DNA from: Anaerolineaceae bacterium
GTDB taxonomy: Bacteria; Chloroflexota; Anaerolineae; Aggregatilineales; Phototrophicaceae
DNA: 24,000 nt
NCBI GenBank assembly: GCA_037441665.1
Contig: JBBIRQ010000001.1
Coordinates: 358,666-382,665, forward strand
Direction of reading: 5' to 3'
Part shown: positions 16,178 through 24,000 of the stretch, piece after piece
How positions within the stretch are numbered: the stretch's first letter is position 1
How the letters are laid out: every line of letters begins with the position of its first letter
Notes under the pieces: model-generated
The model's database searches: none
What the model saw: the letters and a program-made list of their open reading frames with translations, nothing else
Told to the model about the DNA's origin: nothing
Position numbers and translations under genes: made by a program

Positions 16178-19100
16178 CTACTCATCGCCTAAGGGTTCTT
16201 GGGTCGCTTCCTCTGTCTGCGGTATCACCAATTCTATTGTGGCTTCCGCCTCTTCCGGGACGACTTCTAAGGTCGTCTCGGCGGATGGCGCTTCGGGCAT
16301 CGTTTGGGGTTGGGGAAAGGGCTCGAACTTCAAAACACGCCCGATAGATGGGTCAGTGATGTAAACGTAGCCCTCATCATCTACATCAATCCCGCCAACG
16401 AGGCGGAACTGCCCGTTGTTATAAACTTCGCCGGCCAACTGTCCAAAAGAGCCTAGGCATTCGCCATCTGTGTTATAGACCAAAACACGCCCCGCGTCCG
16501 GGTCGGTGACGTAAAGCATCTGCCGCGCTTCGTCCAAAGCCAGATAAGGGCGGTTGCCCTGTTCGGCATACCAGCCCCGCACAGGGAAGGTGACGACAAA
16601 AGCGCCATCACGATTGAAAACAGAGATGCGACGATTCCAATAATCGGCCACGTACACCCGACCATCTGCGCCGACGACTATACTACTCGGCTCGTCAATT
16701 TGCCCGTCGCCACTACCGCCTGTGCCAATATCGCGGACATGCACGGCGATAGGGCCGCTGATGTCATAGACCCGAATGCGTTTATTGCCCGTATCGGCCA
16801 CATAGGCCAAATTTTGCTCATCAATGTCTACGTCACGCGGGCCCCAGAAAGCATCTAAGGGGCTTTGTGGCGCGTTAATGCCGAATTCGCCGGCTTGCCC
16901 CCAACGCTTAATCACTTCTCCGCCTATGGTCAACTGCTGGATGCGATAATTCCATGTATCCACCACAAAGAGGCTACCATCATTGCCCACAGCAACGCTA
17001 TTCGGCCGTGTGAACAAAGCCCCCACAGTTTCATCTCTCCCCTGTTGACCAATGGTAGAGATAAACTGCCCATCTTTAGTGAAGATAGAGATGCGATGGC
17101 TATTTTCCTCAGCGACATACACACGGTCATTATCGGCCACAGCTATACCCAAGGGGCGCACCAATGAAAGCGGGCTTTGCTCAAAGACGCGGGTAGCTTC
17201 TAACAGCATCCAATTGGTATTGCATTGATTCGTCGGCAATTCCGCTAAAACATTGGGCACCGCCCCGCCGCCAACGCCGTAGTTCCAAATCTGGGCGGCA
17301 AAATCTTTACGGATATAGACGTGCATTCTATCCGCCACAGGCCAATTGACCAAGCTAAAATCTTTGTTGATAGCCCGTCCATAGGTCGTATAATCTCTAT
17401 TCCACCAAATATCTAACACCCCTTGGCGAAGCAGAGGCGCGGTTGTATTTTGTGGGGATACATCGAAGAAATTAAGGACGCGGTCGGCCGTGAGATAAAA
17501 ATATTCTTGCATCGGCCACCATAGACGATTGTAATCGTAGCGATAATAACGGTCTTCGAGGAGCGGCTCGACCTTGGCGCGGTTGCCATCACCAATGACG
17601 ACGACCGCCGTATTCTCTAACTGTTGGAGCGTGGGGCTACTGCCTACATAAATCGCATTCGGAAAATCGCGAAAATACCAGCTATAAGGCCATGGCACAA
17701 GGTCATCATAAGCAAAACGAAGTGCCTTGCCATCGGTCATCCGCAAGCTCAAGTCTTCAATATCTTCTAACACGGTCTTGATGGCTGGCGCGGCATGGGC
17801 GTATACCAAAAATTCGGTAGCCAAGTCATAGTTGATAAAAGAGGCCATCCACGCAGAACGGAAGGTCAATACCGCTAGCAGAGCGAACACCCCAACAGCC
17901 AACATGTGGCGGAAGTGCGCCCAACCCGTCACACGGACGAAGCGCCACAAGATAGCCAACACCGTCCCGCTGAGCACGACCACCGCTAACCAGTTGCCCG
18001 TCCGCGCTAGCTGGGCTTGTTCCAAACCTGCAAATGGCGGCCGGCCGACGATGAAAGGCAAAATCACTTGTATAAAACCCGTGACGAATAGAGGGATGAG
18101 GACAACATAAACCCACCCCGCACGGCGAAACTGTCCCCAATCTATCCGTTCGATGATACGACCGAAAAACCAACCCGTGATGAAAATCATCGGCAGGGTC
18201 ATATGCGTGCCTAGCCAAGGCATCTTTTCCCCGGCCAACGTGTATGCCACCAAATTCAAGATGGCCCACCATCCCACGAATAACCAGAAAGGCACTTGCT
18301 CTAATTGAGATAGCTTCGCCAACCGCGCCAGCAAGCCTCTTACACGCTCATTCATCTCTGACGTGCGCTCAATCGTCATGACAGAATCAGCATCCAAAAC
18401 GACGTCATCAGCACTGATGGCCGCCAAACGCTTCTGTTCCAGAACGCCCTGTTCGGATGAAAGGTCTACATCATCCGGTTTAGGTTTTAGATAGCCGCTG
18501 GCATACAGTGTAGATAACTCATCCTGGATGGCGATTTGCTTGCGACGGCGGCGCCAGAATATCGTTACCGCGGCGAACATTCCACTAATACTGCCGAGCA
18601 CAGGCAAAAATTCATAAAAAGGCAAGATGATGAGCAAATAATAATACTGGGGTTGGCTACCGCGACGCACGCCCTGTTGCTCTAGCCAGTAACCAAGGCT
18701 ATAAATCATGCCCGTTGCCAAACCATCTATGTTAGTGAAAACGGTCGTGAAGAAAAAGGCAAAAATCGCATGAAAAATCGCCGAAGCGACGAGCCACTGC
18801 CGCCAATTCCACAATAGCCCCAAACCGATGGCCAAGGTCATCATCGGCACCCACGCCAAAAAGCCCAAGACCACTTGCCCGACTTGTTGGGGAGAATTCA
18901 CATCCGGCCGCGATAAAATGAGGTCGTTCAAAAATTGCGGCAACGACTGCGCGATAGCCGTATAATCCTGTGGCGTCGCCCGCATCAGATAGGGGATTAA
19001 CGCGGTCAACCACGGCAAAATGAGCGTGCCCATCACCATGAGGATGTCGAATTCGGGGAATTGCGCTAAAAATGCTTTCAAACGGATTAGGCGACCGTCA

Positions 19101-20281
19101 TTATTGAGCGCTATAACGCCCGCACCAATAGCAAAAGCCCCCCCCCACACCAACACCATTGGCCACCAACGAATATTGGTGATAAGCCCTTCTACCTGCG
19201 ACCCTTGCCCTTCCTGACCGGGGACGACTGGCACGGCGGGTTGGTCGCTCGTTGGCTGGGTATGCGTGAACTCCTCAAAGATGAGGAGCGAAAAGCCAAT
19301 CGCAAAAGCGATGACCAACAACAAGGTCAAATCGCGCCACCGAATCTGCTCCGGGCGATGCCGAAAGGCCCAAAAAAGCCCTGCGGTAGCAACTGTGACG
19401 ACAAAAGCGATGATTAACAGCGTCCACAGGATAAAACTACTCTGCTCTACGGTCGTGAGTTCGGCAAAAGGCGTTCCACTGCCGGGCACAATCATCACGG
19501 GGATAATATCAATGATGATATACATCCCCAAGGCGCCCACCCCGCCCAATAAAATCCCTATCACGGTGAAATAAAAAAGGGTGCGGCCGGGCAGTTGCCA
19601 AAAATGCTGGGCCATGCGGACCAACCAATACAGCGTGATAAAAGCGCCGAAAATGGCGATATAGATAAATGCGGTCTCTTTGCTACCCAAGTTCAGCACC
19701 ATAGCGGCTGATAATAAATACAACCAGCGCGGTTTATGGCGCACCCCTTCCGGGCCGTTTAGGTACATCAGGATGGCATAGAACATCAAAATTGCGTAGA
19801 CAATCGAGGGGGTATCGTGGCGAATGTAACGATTGTAATACATCAACAGAGGCGAGATGAGGAGCATAACCCCCACTAACAAAGCGCCCCAACGCCCCAA
19901 CCAACGCCGAAATAATAGCGGCGTCATCACCATGAATACACCCAATGCCGCGGCATAAATACGCGCCGTGAAATCGTTAGCGCCAAACAGCGCGTAACTC
20001 AAAGCCGTCATATGAAAGAGAATAGGGCCATGCATCAACGGCGTATGGCGGAACTCCCCTTGCGCGTAGAGCTTATACGAAAAGTGGGTGTGTAGGCTCT
20101 CGTCATGGCTCATCACCCTATCGCCCAAAATGTAAAAGCGGGTGAAAAGGGCCAGCGCAAAAATAACGACCCACGCCACTAGCTCCCAATTGAGCGTGAA
20201 AACGCGGGAAAAGGTCTGATTCAAAACATTATCGGGGGTTTCGCGATGCGTTGTTGTCGCCATAATTCCTCGGTTCATCAA
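16178..20281 (-). CDS. TIGR03663-type (PMT/GT-C-like, Agl23-like) polytopic membrane protein fused to a C-terminal six-bladed NHL beta-propeller
   Basis: 1367 aa. The N-terminal part has VMSHDESLHTHF (D60 E61), LMHGPILFH (H84 G85 P86), many TM helices and GSQPQYYYLLIILPFYEFLP. The C-terminal part has six NHL repeats. The track start is a TTG; an ATG at 20263 (MATTTHRE) preceded by GAGGA is an alternative. Confidence 0.85.
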   Translation of the reverse strand: MMNRGIMATTTHRETPDNVLNQTFSRVFTLNWELVAWVVIFALALFTRFYILGDRVMSHDESLHTHFSYKLYAQGEFRHTPLMHGPILFHMTALSYALFGANDFTARIYAAALGVFMVMTPLLFRRWLGRWGALLVGVMLLISPLLMYYNRYIRHDTPSIVYAILMFYAILMYLNGPEGVRHKPRWLYLLSAAMVLNLGSKETAFIYIAIFGAFITLYWLVRMAQHFWQLPGRTLFYFTVIGILLGGVGALGMYIIIDIIPVMIVPGSGTPFAELTTVEQSSFILWTLLIIAFVVTVATAGLFWAFRHRPEQIRWRDLTLLLVIAFAIGFSLLIFEEFTHTQPTSDQPAVPVVPGQEGQGSQVEGLITNIRWWPMVLVWGGAFAIGAGVIALNNDGRLIRLKAFLAQFPEFDILMVMGTLILPWLTALIPYLMRATPQDYTAIAQSLPQFLNDLILSRPDVNSPQQVGQVVLGFLAWVPMMTLAIGLGLLWNWRQWLVASAIFHAIFAFFFTTVFTNIDGLATGMIYSLGYWLEQQGVRRGSQPQYYYLLIILPFYEFLPVLGSISGMFAAVTIFWRRRRKQIAIQDELSTLYASGYLKPKPDDVDLSSEQGVLEQKRLAAISADDVVLDADSVMTIERTSEMNERVRGLLARLAKLSQLEQVPFWLFVGWWAILNLVAYTLAGEKMPWLGTHMTLPMIFITGWFFGRIIERIDWGQFRRAGWVYVVLIPLFVTGFIQVILPFIVGRPPFAGLEQAQLARTGNWLAVVVLSGTVLAILWRFVRVTGWAHFRHMLAVGVFALLAVLTFRSAWMASFINYDLATEFLVYAHAAPAIKTVLEDIEDLSLRMTDGKALRFAYDDLVPWPYSWYFRDFPNAIYVGSSPTLQQLENTAVVVIGDGNRAKVEPLLEDRYYRYDYNRLWWPMQEYFYLTADRVLNFFDVSPQNTTAPLLRQGVLDIWWNRDYTTYGRAINKDFSLVNWPVADRMHVYIRKDFAAQIWNYGVGGGAVPNVLAELPTNQCNTNWMLLEATRVFEQSPLSLVRPLGIAVADNDRVYVAEENSHRISIFTKDGQFISTIGQQGRDETVGALFTRPNSVAVGNDGSLFVVDTWNYRIQQLTIGGEVIKRWGQAGEFGINAPQSPLDAFWGPRDVDIDEQNLAYVADTGNKRIRVYDISGPIAVHVRDIGTGGSGDGQIDEPSSIVVGADGRVYVADYWNRRISVFNRDGAFVVTFPVRGWYAEQGNRPYLALDEARQMLYVTDPDAGRVLVYNTDGECLGSFGQLAGEVYNNGQFRLVGGIDVDDEGYVYITDPSIGRVLKFEPFPQPQTMPEAPSAETTLEVVPEEAEATIELVIPQTEEATQEPLGDE
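16319..17164 (-). other. Region encoding six tandem NHL repeats (protein-level repeat, beta-propeller)
   Basis: The blades are centred on RVYVAEENSHRISIF, SLFVVDTWNYRIQQL, LAYVADTGNKRIRVY, RVYVADYWNRRISVF, MLYVTDPDAGRVLVY and YVYITDPSIGRVLKF. Each is spaced about 40-45 aa from the next and fits the NHL pattern hydrophobic-V-[AT]-D-x-x-N-x-R-[IV]. Confidence 0.8.
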
Positions 20282-20289
20282 TGCTTACA

Positions 20290-20850
20290 TCATTTGCCGG
20301 CTGGTTCCGGCGTATTTTGCAATAACTGCGGCGCGAACCGTTCCGCGCTCGCTTGGGTACTGCTTAAAGCCACATCAGCTTGTAACGGGGCGATAAAGCG
20401 GTCGGGTGTGCCCGTCAAGAAGAGGCGCTGTCCTAAAACAATCGGCGACGGTTGGGAAGGCACCACAAAAGCGCCGCTACCGGTGCGCCATACTATCGGC
20501 GCGAGTAAAGCCATGAGCAACAACACCATTAGCAACCCGTAACTCACCGATTGCCGCTTCTCGGCCCGACGCACTGCCCCATCGGCGGGCGCTTGAACCA
20601 CCGACCAAATCGAATCAAAAGTCGGCACATGCCGTGCAGAAGGCGCATGCATCAGCGCATTTATATCGCGCGCGAGTTGGCGTTGGCGCTGATATTCAGC
20701 ATAACAAGCTGAGGACGCATCCAAATAACGCGCGATACGCTTGCGCGTCGCGGGGGGTAAATCGCCATGAATATAAGCAGGAAGCCGCGCTTTACAATAT
20801 TGCAACCGCCACCAATCTCGTAGATTATGCCACATATTCACCATCTTCAA
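20290..20850 (-). CDS. Putative anti-sigma factor (single TM, degenerate zf-HC2-like N-terminus)
   Basis: It begins 6 nt downstream of the ECF sigma gene. The N-terminus CKARLPAYIHGDLPPATRKRIARYLDASSACYAEY aligns with the anti-sigma pattern C..L.aYlDGeL......HL..C..C. One TM helix is present (YGLLMVLLLMALLAPIVW), followed by a ~70-aa C-terminal domain. The start is ambiguous (TTG 20850, ATG 20844 or ATG 20835). Confidence 0.6.
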   Translation of the reverse strand: MKMVNMWHNLRDWWRLQYCKARLPAYIHGDLPPATRKRIARYLDASSACYAEYQRQRQLARDINALMHAPSARHVPTFDSIWSVVQAPADGAVRRAEKRQSVSYGLLMVLLLMALLAPIVWRTGSGAFVVPSQPSPIVLGQRLFLTGTPDRFIAPLQADVALSSTQASAERFAPQLLQNTPEPAGK

Positions 20851-20856
20851 ACGAGC

Positions 20857-21444
20857 TCACACCCATAATTCTTCTAATAAACCGCGCCAGATAGGTTGTA
20901 ACACATTCCGCAAGCGCTCATGCGCCAAGCGAACGCGGCTCTCGGCCGTTTTTTGGGGACAACCCATCACTTCGGCAATCTCGCGAAAAGTTAACCCATG
21001 CCCATAACGTAACACTATCGCTTCGCGCAGAGGCGGCGATAAGGTCACTAACGCTTCGCTGATGGCATCTTCGGCGGCGCGCCGCGCCAATTGCCCCTCC
21101 GGCGTCTCGGACGTTGGCCCCCGTTGCAACACTTGAGTGATGTCTACCGTAGGCGGGCGCTGACGGCGATAAACATTGCGGCAACGGCTCACGGCAATAG
21201 TGTATAGCCATGTCTTAAAAGCCGACTTTTGCGCGTCATAGCGCCGCAGATTCTTAAAAGCGTAGACAAATGTCTCTTGTGTGATGTCTTCAGCATCTTG
21301 TTGATTCAACAACAAGCTATAACACAAACGATATACGCCTGCCGCGTAATGGTCATATAATTCTGAGAACGCTTGTTGCTGACCTTCAAGACAACGTTGA
21401 AGCGCCGCTTGAACATCAAATGAAGCATCTGAGCGAGCTGTCAT
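20857..21444 (-). CDS. ECF-type RNA polymerase sigma-70 family factor
   Basis: 195 aa. Region 2 reads FSELYDHYAAGVYRLCYSLLLNQQDAEDITQETFVYAFKNLRRYD..FKTWLYTIAVSRCRN. Region 4 carries the helix-turn-helix LREAIVLRYGHGLTFREIAEVMGCPQKTAESRVRLAHERL. Confidence 0.9.
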   Translation of the reverse strand: MTARSDASFDVQAALQRCLEGQQQAFSELYDHYAAGVYRLCYSLLLNQQDAEDITQETFVYAFKNLRRYDAQKSAFKTWLYTIAVSRCRNVYRRQRPPTVDITQVLQRGPTSETPEGQLARRAAEDAISEALVTLSPPLREAIVLRYGHGLTFREIAEVMGCPQKTAESRVRLAHERLRNVLQPIWRGLLEELWV

Positions 21445-21515
21445 CCGATTTTTGCCCCAGCTATGATTGATTTATCCGTTTATATACACGCTCTGACAAA
21501 GCTTTCCTCAATGGA

Positions 21516-23447
21516 TTACGGCCTTTCGCTAGGCGGGACGCCATTATAAACATCCTGACGAAGCCATAGGATAACGGATTCTTTAGGTTGTTCAAGGTTG
21601 CGAATACGCCTTTGGGTCCACCATGCCAAGCTATTGCTCCATGACAAGGCGCGATTATCCCAAAAACTGCGGATATGAAACGACTGCCCCACATAAGAGC
21701 CGCCTAAGTTAGGCTGGACGAGTTGGTCAGATGTCAAAACGATTTGTTGTCGTTGGGCGGCAATCGGCGTGTTGACAAAACGCGCGTTCGGGAAATCCCG
21801 CAACAGCCACCCCATAACACCTGTAGGCGATAAAACAGCGTCCTGTGCCACAACATAAAGCGTCATCAACGGCACGCCGCGGCTATCGCGCTCGGCGATG
21901 TCGTACAAGGTCTGCCTTAGCAGGTAAGCATCCGGAGAGACAGCGTCAATATGCCACGGCTCAAGCGGGTTGCTGGCATGGGTGACAACAGCATTCCACC
22001 CGCTCCCCACACCCGTGATGAGCATAAAGGCGAACAACCCTAGACCCGCGCCTTGAAGCGGCGTTTTAGACCCATAAAAGCCAGCGACGACGAAAAAGCC
22101 TATCAGCATCAATAAGATGGTGATGACAGCCCAGATAGCCGCATAACGCAACATAACCAATGACGCATCCGTGAGGATGAACCACAAATTGACGTCCACG
22201 GGCAAAGCCAATAAAGCGCGGCCTATCGCTTGGAAATGCACGGATAGCATGCACAACAATATGAAAGCGACCAACGCCGTTACCCACTTGGCACGGGCGA
22301 TAGCGCGCATATATTCCGAATCGCTCATATTGATGAAGTCGTCATCCAACCAAAAGAAGGTCGAAGCGTCGTGAACCCAAAAATCAACGACGGCATAGCT
22401 CGCCCAATAGGTCAGCGGGATGACTAGCCACAAGGCATATTCGGCGCGCCCGCCGACATATACCAATGCCAAGCCCAAAGCCACTATCGCCCACGAGGCG
22501 CAAAAGCGGTCGGCTGAATTCAGCTCGCCGCGCCGCGACCGCAAGACATAACCGCCGATGGCGAACAAAATTAAAAACGGTTCATAAAAACCCAATACCC
22601 AAAGCGGATAAGCGGGCGGCGCGGAGGGGGTCGGATTCAAGAAACCGCCCAAGCTCGTCTCTAATAACTGCCCAACCATACCCAGCCCAGATGGATACAT
22701 CATGAACAAGGTGGCCGCCACAAACACCACGCCGCCGCCCACAGCCGAAGCCGCTAGCCATGGGAAATCCTTAAAAGTCTCCCCAAGCGCGTTGGTCTCC
22801 TCTTGGTCACCACGGGCAATAGCCAACGTTTGCCAGCTCAACGTTATAGCGGCGGAGATAGCGAGTGTCAAAGCCACTAAAGGGCCCGACGGCCCGCTTA
22901 AAAAAACCATCACAGCGAAACTACCAGCCCCCAACAAAGCATCCGCCCGCGCCAAGCGCAAGCGAAAGCGCCACAGACCCCACAAGCCGACCATAGTAAA
23001 AAGCAGTGTCCAAATCGTCGTCGAACTCGTGCGGGACGCCATTAAAACAATGGGGGAAAACGCCAACAACACAACCCACAAAAAGACGCGCGAGGGCCCC
23101 AAATAAGCGCGAAATAGTAAAGGCGTGAGCGCAAAGAATACGCCTCCCAAAGCGGTCAACAAACGCGAAGACGATTCATGAACGCCCAACAGCGTGAAAG
23201 AGACGGCCTGCAAGGCGAACATCAAGGGGCTATCGGGCAATTGCTCCCCTTCCGAGCCATGCAACAGCGGATAAACGCGCATCGCCTGTTCCGCTTCGGG
23301 CTGGCTCATCGGCACGCTATCGAGTTCAGCGAGGCGCAACACCAACGCCAAAAAGATGACGATACCATAAGCAACCCACTCTGCGGATAGTCTCAACGAT
23401 TTTTCTTGTGGGTCGGATAATAGGGTATCGCCCATTGTCGTTTCCAT
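21516..23447 (-). CDS. TIGR03663-like polytopic membrane protein, paralog of the 1367-aa protein with substituted invariant residues
   Basis: It aligns by eye to the large protein at the N-terminus (LGVHESSSRLLTALGGVFFALTPLLFRAYLG versus FGANDFTARIYAAALGVFMVMTPLLFRRWLG). It also aligns in the C-terminal domain (WLLRDFPNARFV versus WYFRDFPNAIYV). The track start at 23513 is a TTG overlapping the upstream gene by 43 nt, so I prefer the ATG at 23447 (METTMGD..). Confidence 0.75.
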   Translation of the reverse strand: METTMGDTLLSDPQEKSLRLSAEWVAYGIVIFLALVLRLAELDSVPMSQPEAEQAMRVYPLLHGSEGEQLPDSPLMFALQAVSFTLLGVHESSSRLLTALGGVFFALTPLLFRAYLGPSRVFLWVVLLAFSPIVLMASRTSSTTIWTLLFTMVGLWGLWRFRLRLARADALLGAGSFAVMVFLSGPSGPLVALTLAISAAITLSWQTLAIARGDQEETNALGETFKDFPWLAASAVGGGVVFVAATLFMMYPSGLGMVGQLLETSLGGFLNPTPSAPPAYPLWVLGFYEPFLILFAIGGYVLRSRRGELNSADRFCASWAIVALGLALVYVGGRAEYALWLVIPLTYWASYAVVDFWVHDASTFFWLDDDFINMSDSEYMRAIARAKWVTALVAFILLCMLSVHFQAIGRALLALPVDVNLWFILTDASLVMLRYAAIWAVITILLMLIGFFVVAGFYGSKTPLQGAGLGLFAFMLITGVGSGWNAVVTHASNPLEPWHIDAVSPDAYLLRQTLYDIAERDSRGVPLMTLYVVAQDAVLSPTGVMGWLLRDFPNARFVNTPIAAQRQQIVLTSDQLVQPNLGGSYVGQSFHIRSFWDNRALSWSNSLAWWTQRRIRNLEQPKESVILWLRQDVYNGVPPSERP

Positions 23448-23470
23448 AATCAACCCTTTCAACGAATCCT

Positions 23471-24000
23471 CTATTGGCTCACCCGATAGATGCGGGAATC
23501 GCCCGATTCGCAAATGACCTCTAGATGTTCTAAGAATTTTTCCTCGCCCGCGCCGCCGTACTGTAAGCGCTCGGTCGTCCCATAGACGATATAATCTATG
23601 CCATAGCGTCGGATGATGTTTTCTGCCACATCCCAGCGTAAATCCGTATAGAGTTCATCCATATCTGCGCGGCGCGTGCCAGCAATCGCATCATACGTCG
23701 CCCCGCGCCATTGGCGCTCGTGATTTTCCCACCCCAAGACGATAGAGATACCTGTTAAAGCGCCCACACGGCCATACCATGCGTTATAGGCATCGCGCAC
23801 TGCTTCGGCAACAACAGCGGAATCTCCCTGCACTATATCGCCCAAGCACATCACGACCGCATAATCATCAGCGGTCACCATCGAACGCCCGCCATCGAGC
23901 GTCCAAGCGGGCTGTAGATACAACTGTCCATCACGGATACGAACGACGCCCTCTTCATTAGCGGTCAATGTGCGCCCGCCAGCAATCCCTTCGCCGATGA
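23471..24000 (-). CDS. C-terminal part of a DUF2298 / 'Chlor_Arch_YYY' (TIGR03662-like) membrane protein (5' end beyond the window)
   Basis: The frame is open upstream of the track's TTG at 23968 through nt 24000 (..IGEGIAGGRTLTANEEG..). The C-terminal pattern ..GRVGALTGISIVLGWENHERQWRG..RRADMDELYT..RRYGIDYIVYGTTERLQYG..EEKF matches my recollection of the conserved DUF2298 C-terminus (TG.P.vlGW..HE.QWRG .. Y.v.Yi.vG..Er..Y). This has not been checked against an HMM. Confidence 0.6.
   Translation of the reverse strand, partial: IGEGIAGGRTLTANEEGVVRIRDGQLYLQPAWTLDGGRSMVTADDYAVVMCLGDIVQGDSAVVAEAVRDAYNAWYGRVGALTGISIVLGWENHERQWRGATYDAIAGTRRADMDELYTDLRWDVAENIIRRYGIDYIVYGTTERLQYGGAGEEKFLEHLEVICESGDSRIYRVSQ

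Noticed and set aside
16453-19574. Numerous 60-148-aa ORFs in other frames or strands within the 1367-aa gene
   Set aside because: They are nested in a continuous 4.1-kb ORF with clear domain homology along its entire length.
21445-21515. Search for an ECF-type autoregulatory promoter (GGAAC/TGAAC ..16-17 nt.. CGT) upstream of the sigma gene
   Set aside because: Only GGAAAG (21507-21502) followed by CGTG about 12 nt later was found, and the spacing is too short. A TTGTCA-18-ATAAAT pair is weak. I could call no promoter with confidence. The sigma gene may be read through from the upstream paralog, since no terminator lies in the gap.
21461-21694. 77-aa minus-strand ORF overlapping the 3' end of the 643-aa paralog
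   Set aside because: It is an alternative frame of a supported CDS with no motif. It extends into the intergenic gap only by chance.
1-24000. Scan for CRISPR arrays, IS or transposase genes, integrases, tRNA/rRNA genes, toxin-antitoxin or defence-system hallmarks
   Set aside because: I saw no regularly spaced direct repeats, terminal inverted repeats, transposase or integrase motifs, or tRNA-like cloverleaf candidates in the short intergenic regions. The window looks like core chromosome apart from the 16178-24000 module.

Overview
This window is a gene-dense chromosomal segment of moderate GC. By the look of its Mdh, NusA and TIGR03663-type proteins it probably comes from a Chloroflexota-like bacterium; that placement is inference from protein similarity only. 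Most of it is housekeeping. It holds a divergent recJ (5' part, missed by the ORF track) and fmt, followed by a YkgJ-type Cys-cluster protein and a PspC-domain protein. A minus-strand block follows: pckA, mdh, a DUF4345-like membrane protein and a PPP-type metallophosphoesterase. A plus-strand trio comes next: a small two-TM protein, an unknown 168-aa protein, and era. The long minus-strand translation operon nusA-ylxR-infB-rbfA-nrnA-truB-ribF follows; its 3' end meets era in a shared TTAA stop. The non-housekeeping part is 16178-24000 on the minus strand. It reads: C-terminus of a DUF2298/'YYY' (TIGR03662-like) protein, a degenerate TIGR03663-like membrane paralog, an ECF sigma factor, an anti-sigma factor, and a 1367-aa TIGR03663-type (GT-C/PMT-like, Agl23-like) protein fused to a six-bladed NHL beta-propeller. 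This sigma-controlled envelope module is my best candidate for an undescribed system. Other items worth checking are a near-consensus promoter plus intrinsic terminator in the nusA leader (candidate autoregulatory attenuator), a ~295-aa NusA C-terminal extension, and a CRP/FNR-like palindrome upstream of pckA. I found no CRISPR array, IS or transposon, tRNA or rRNA.
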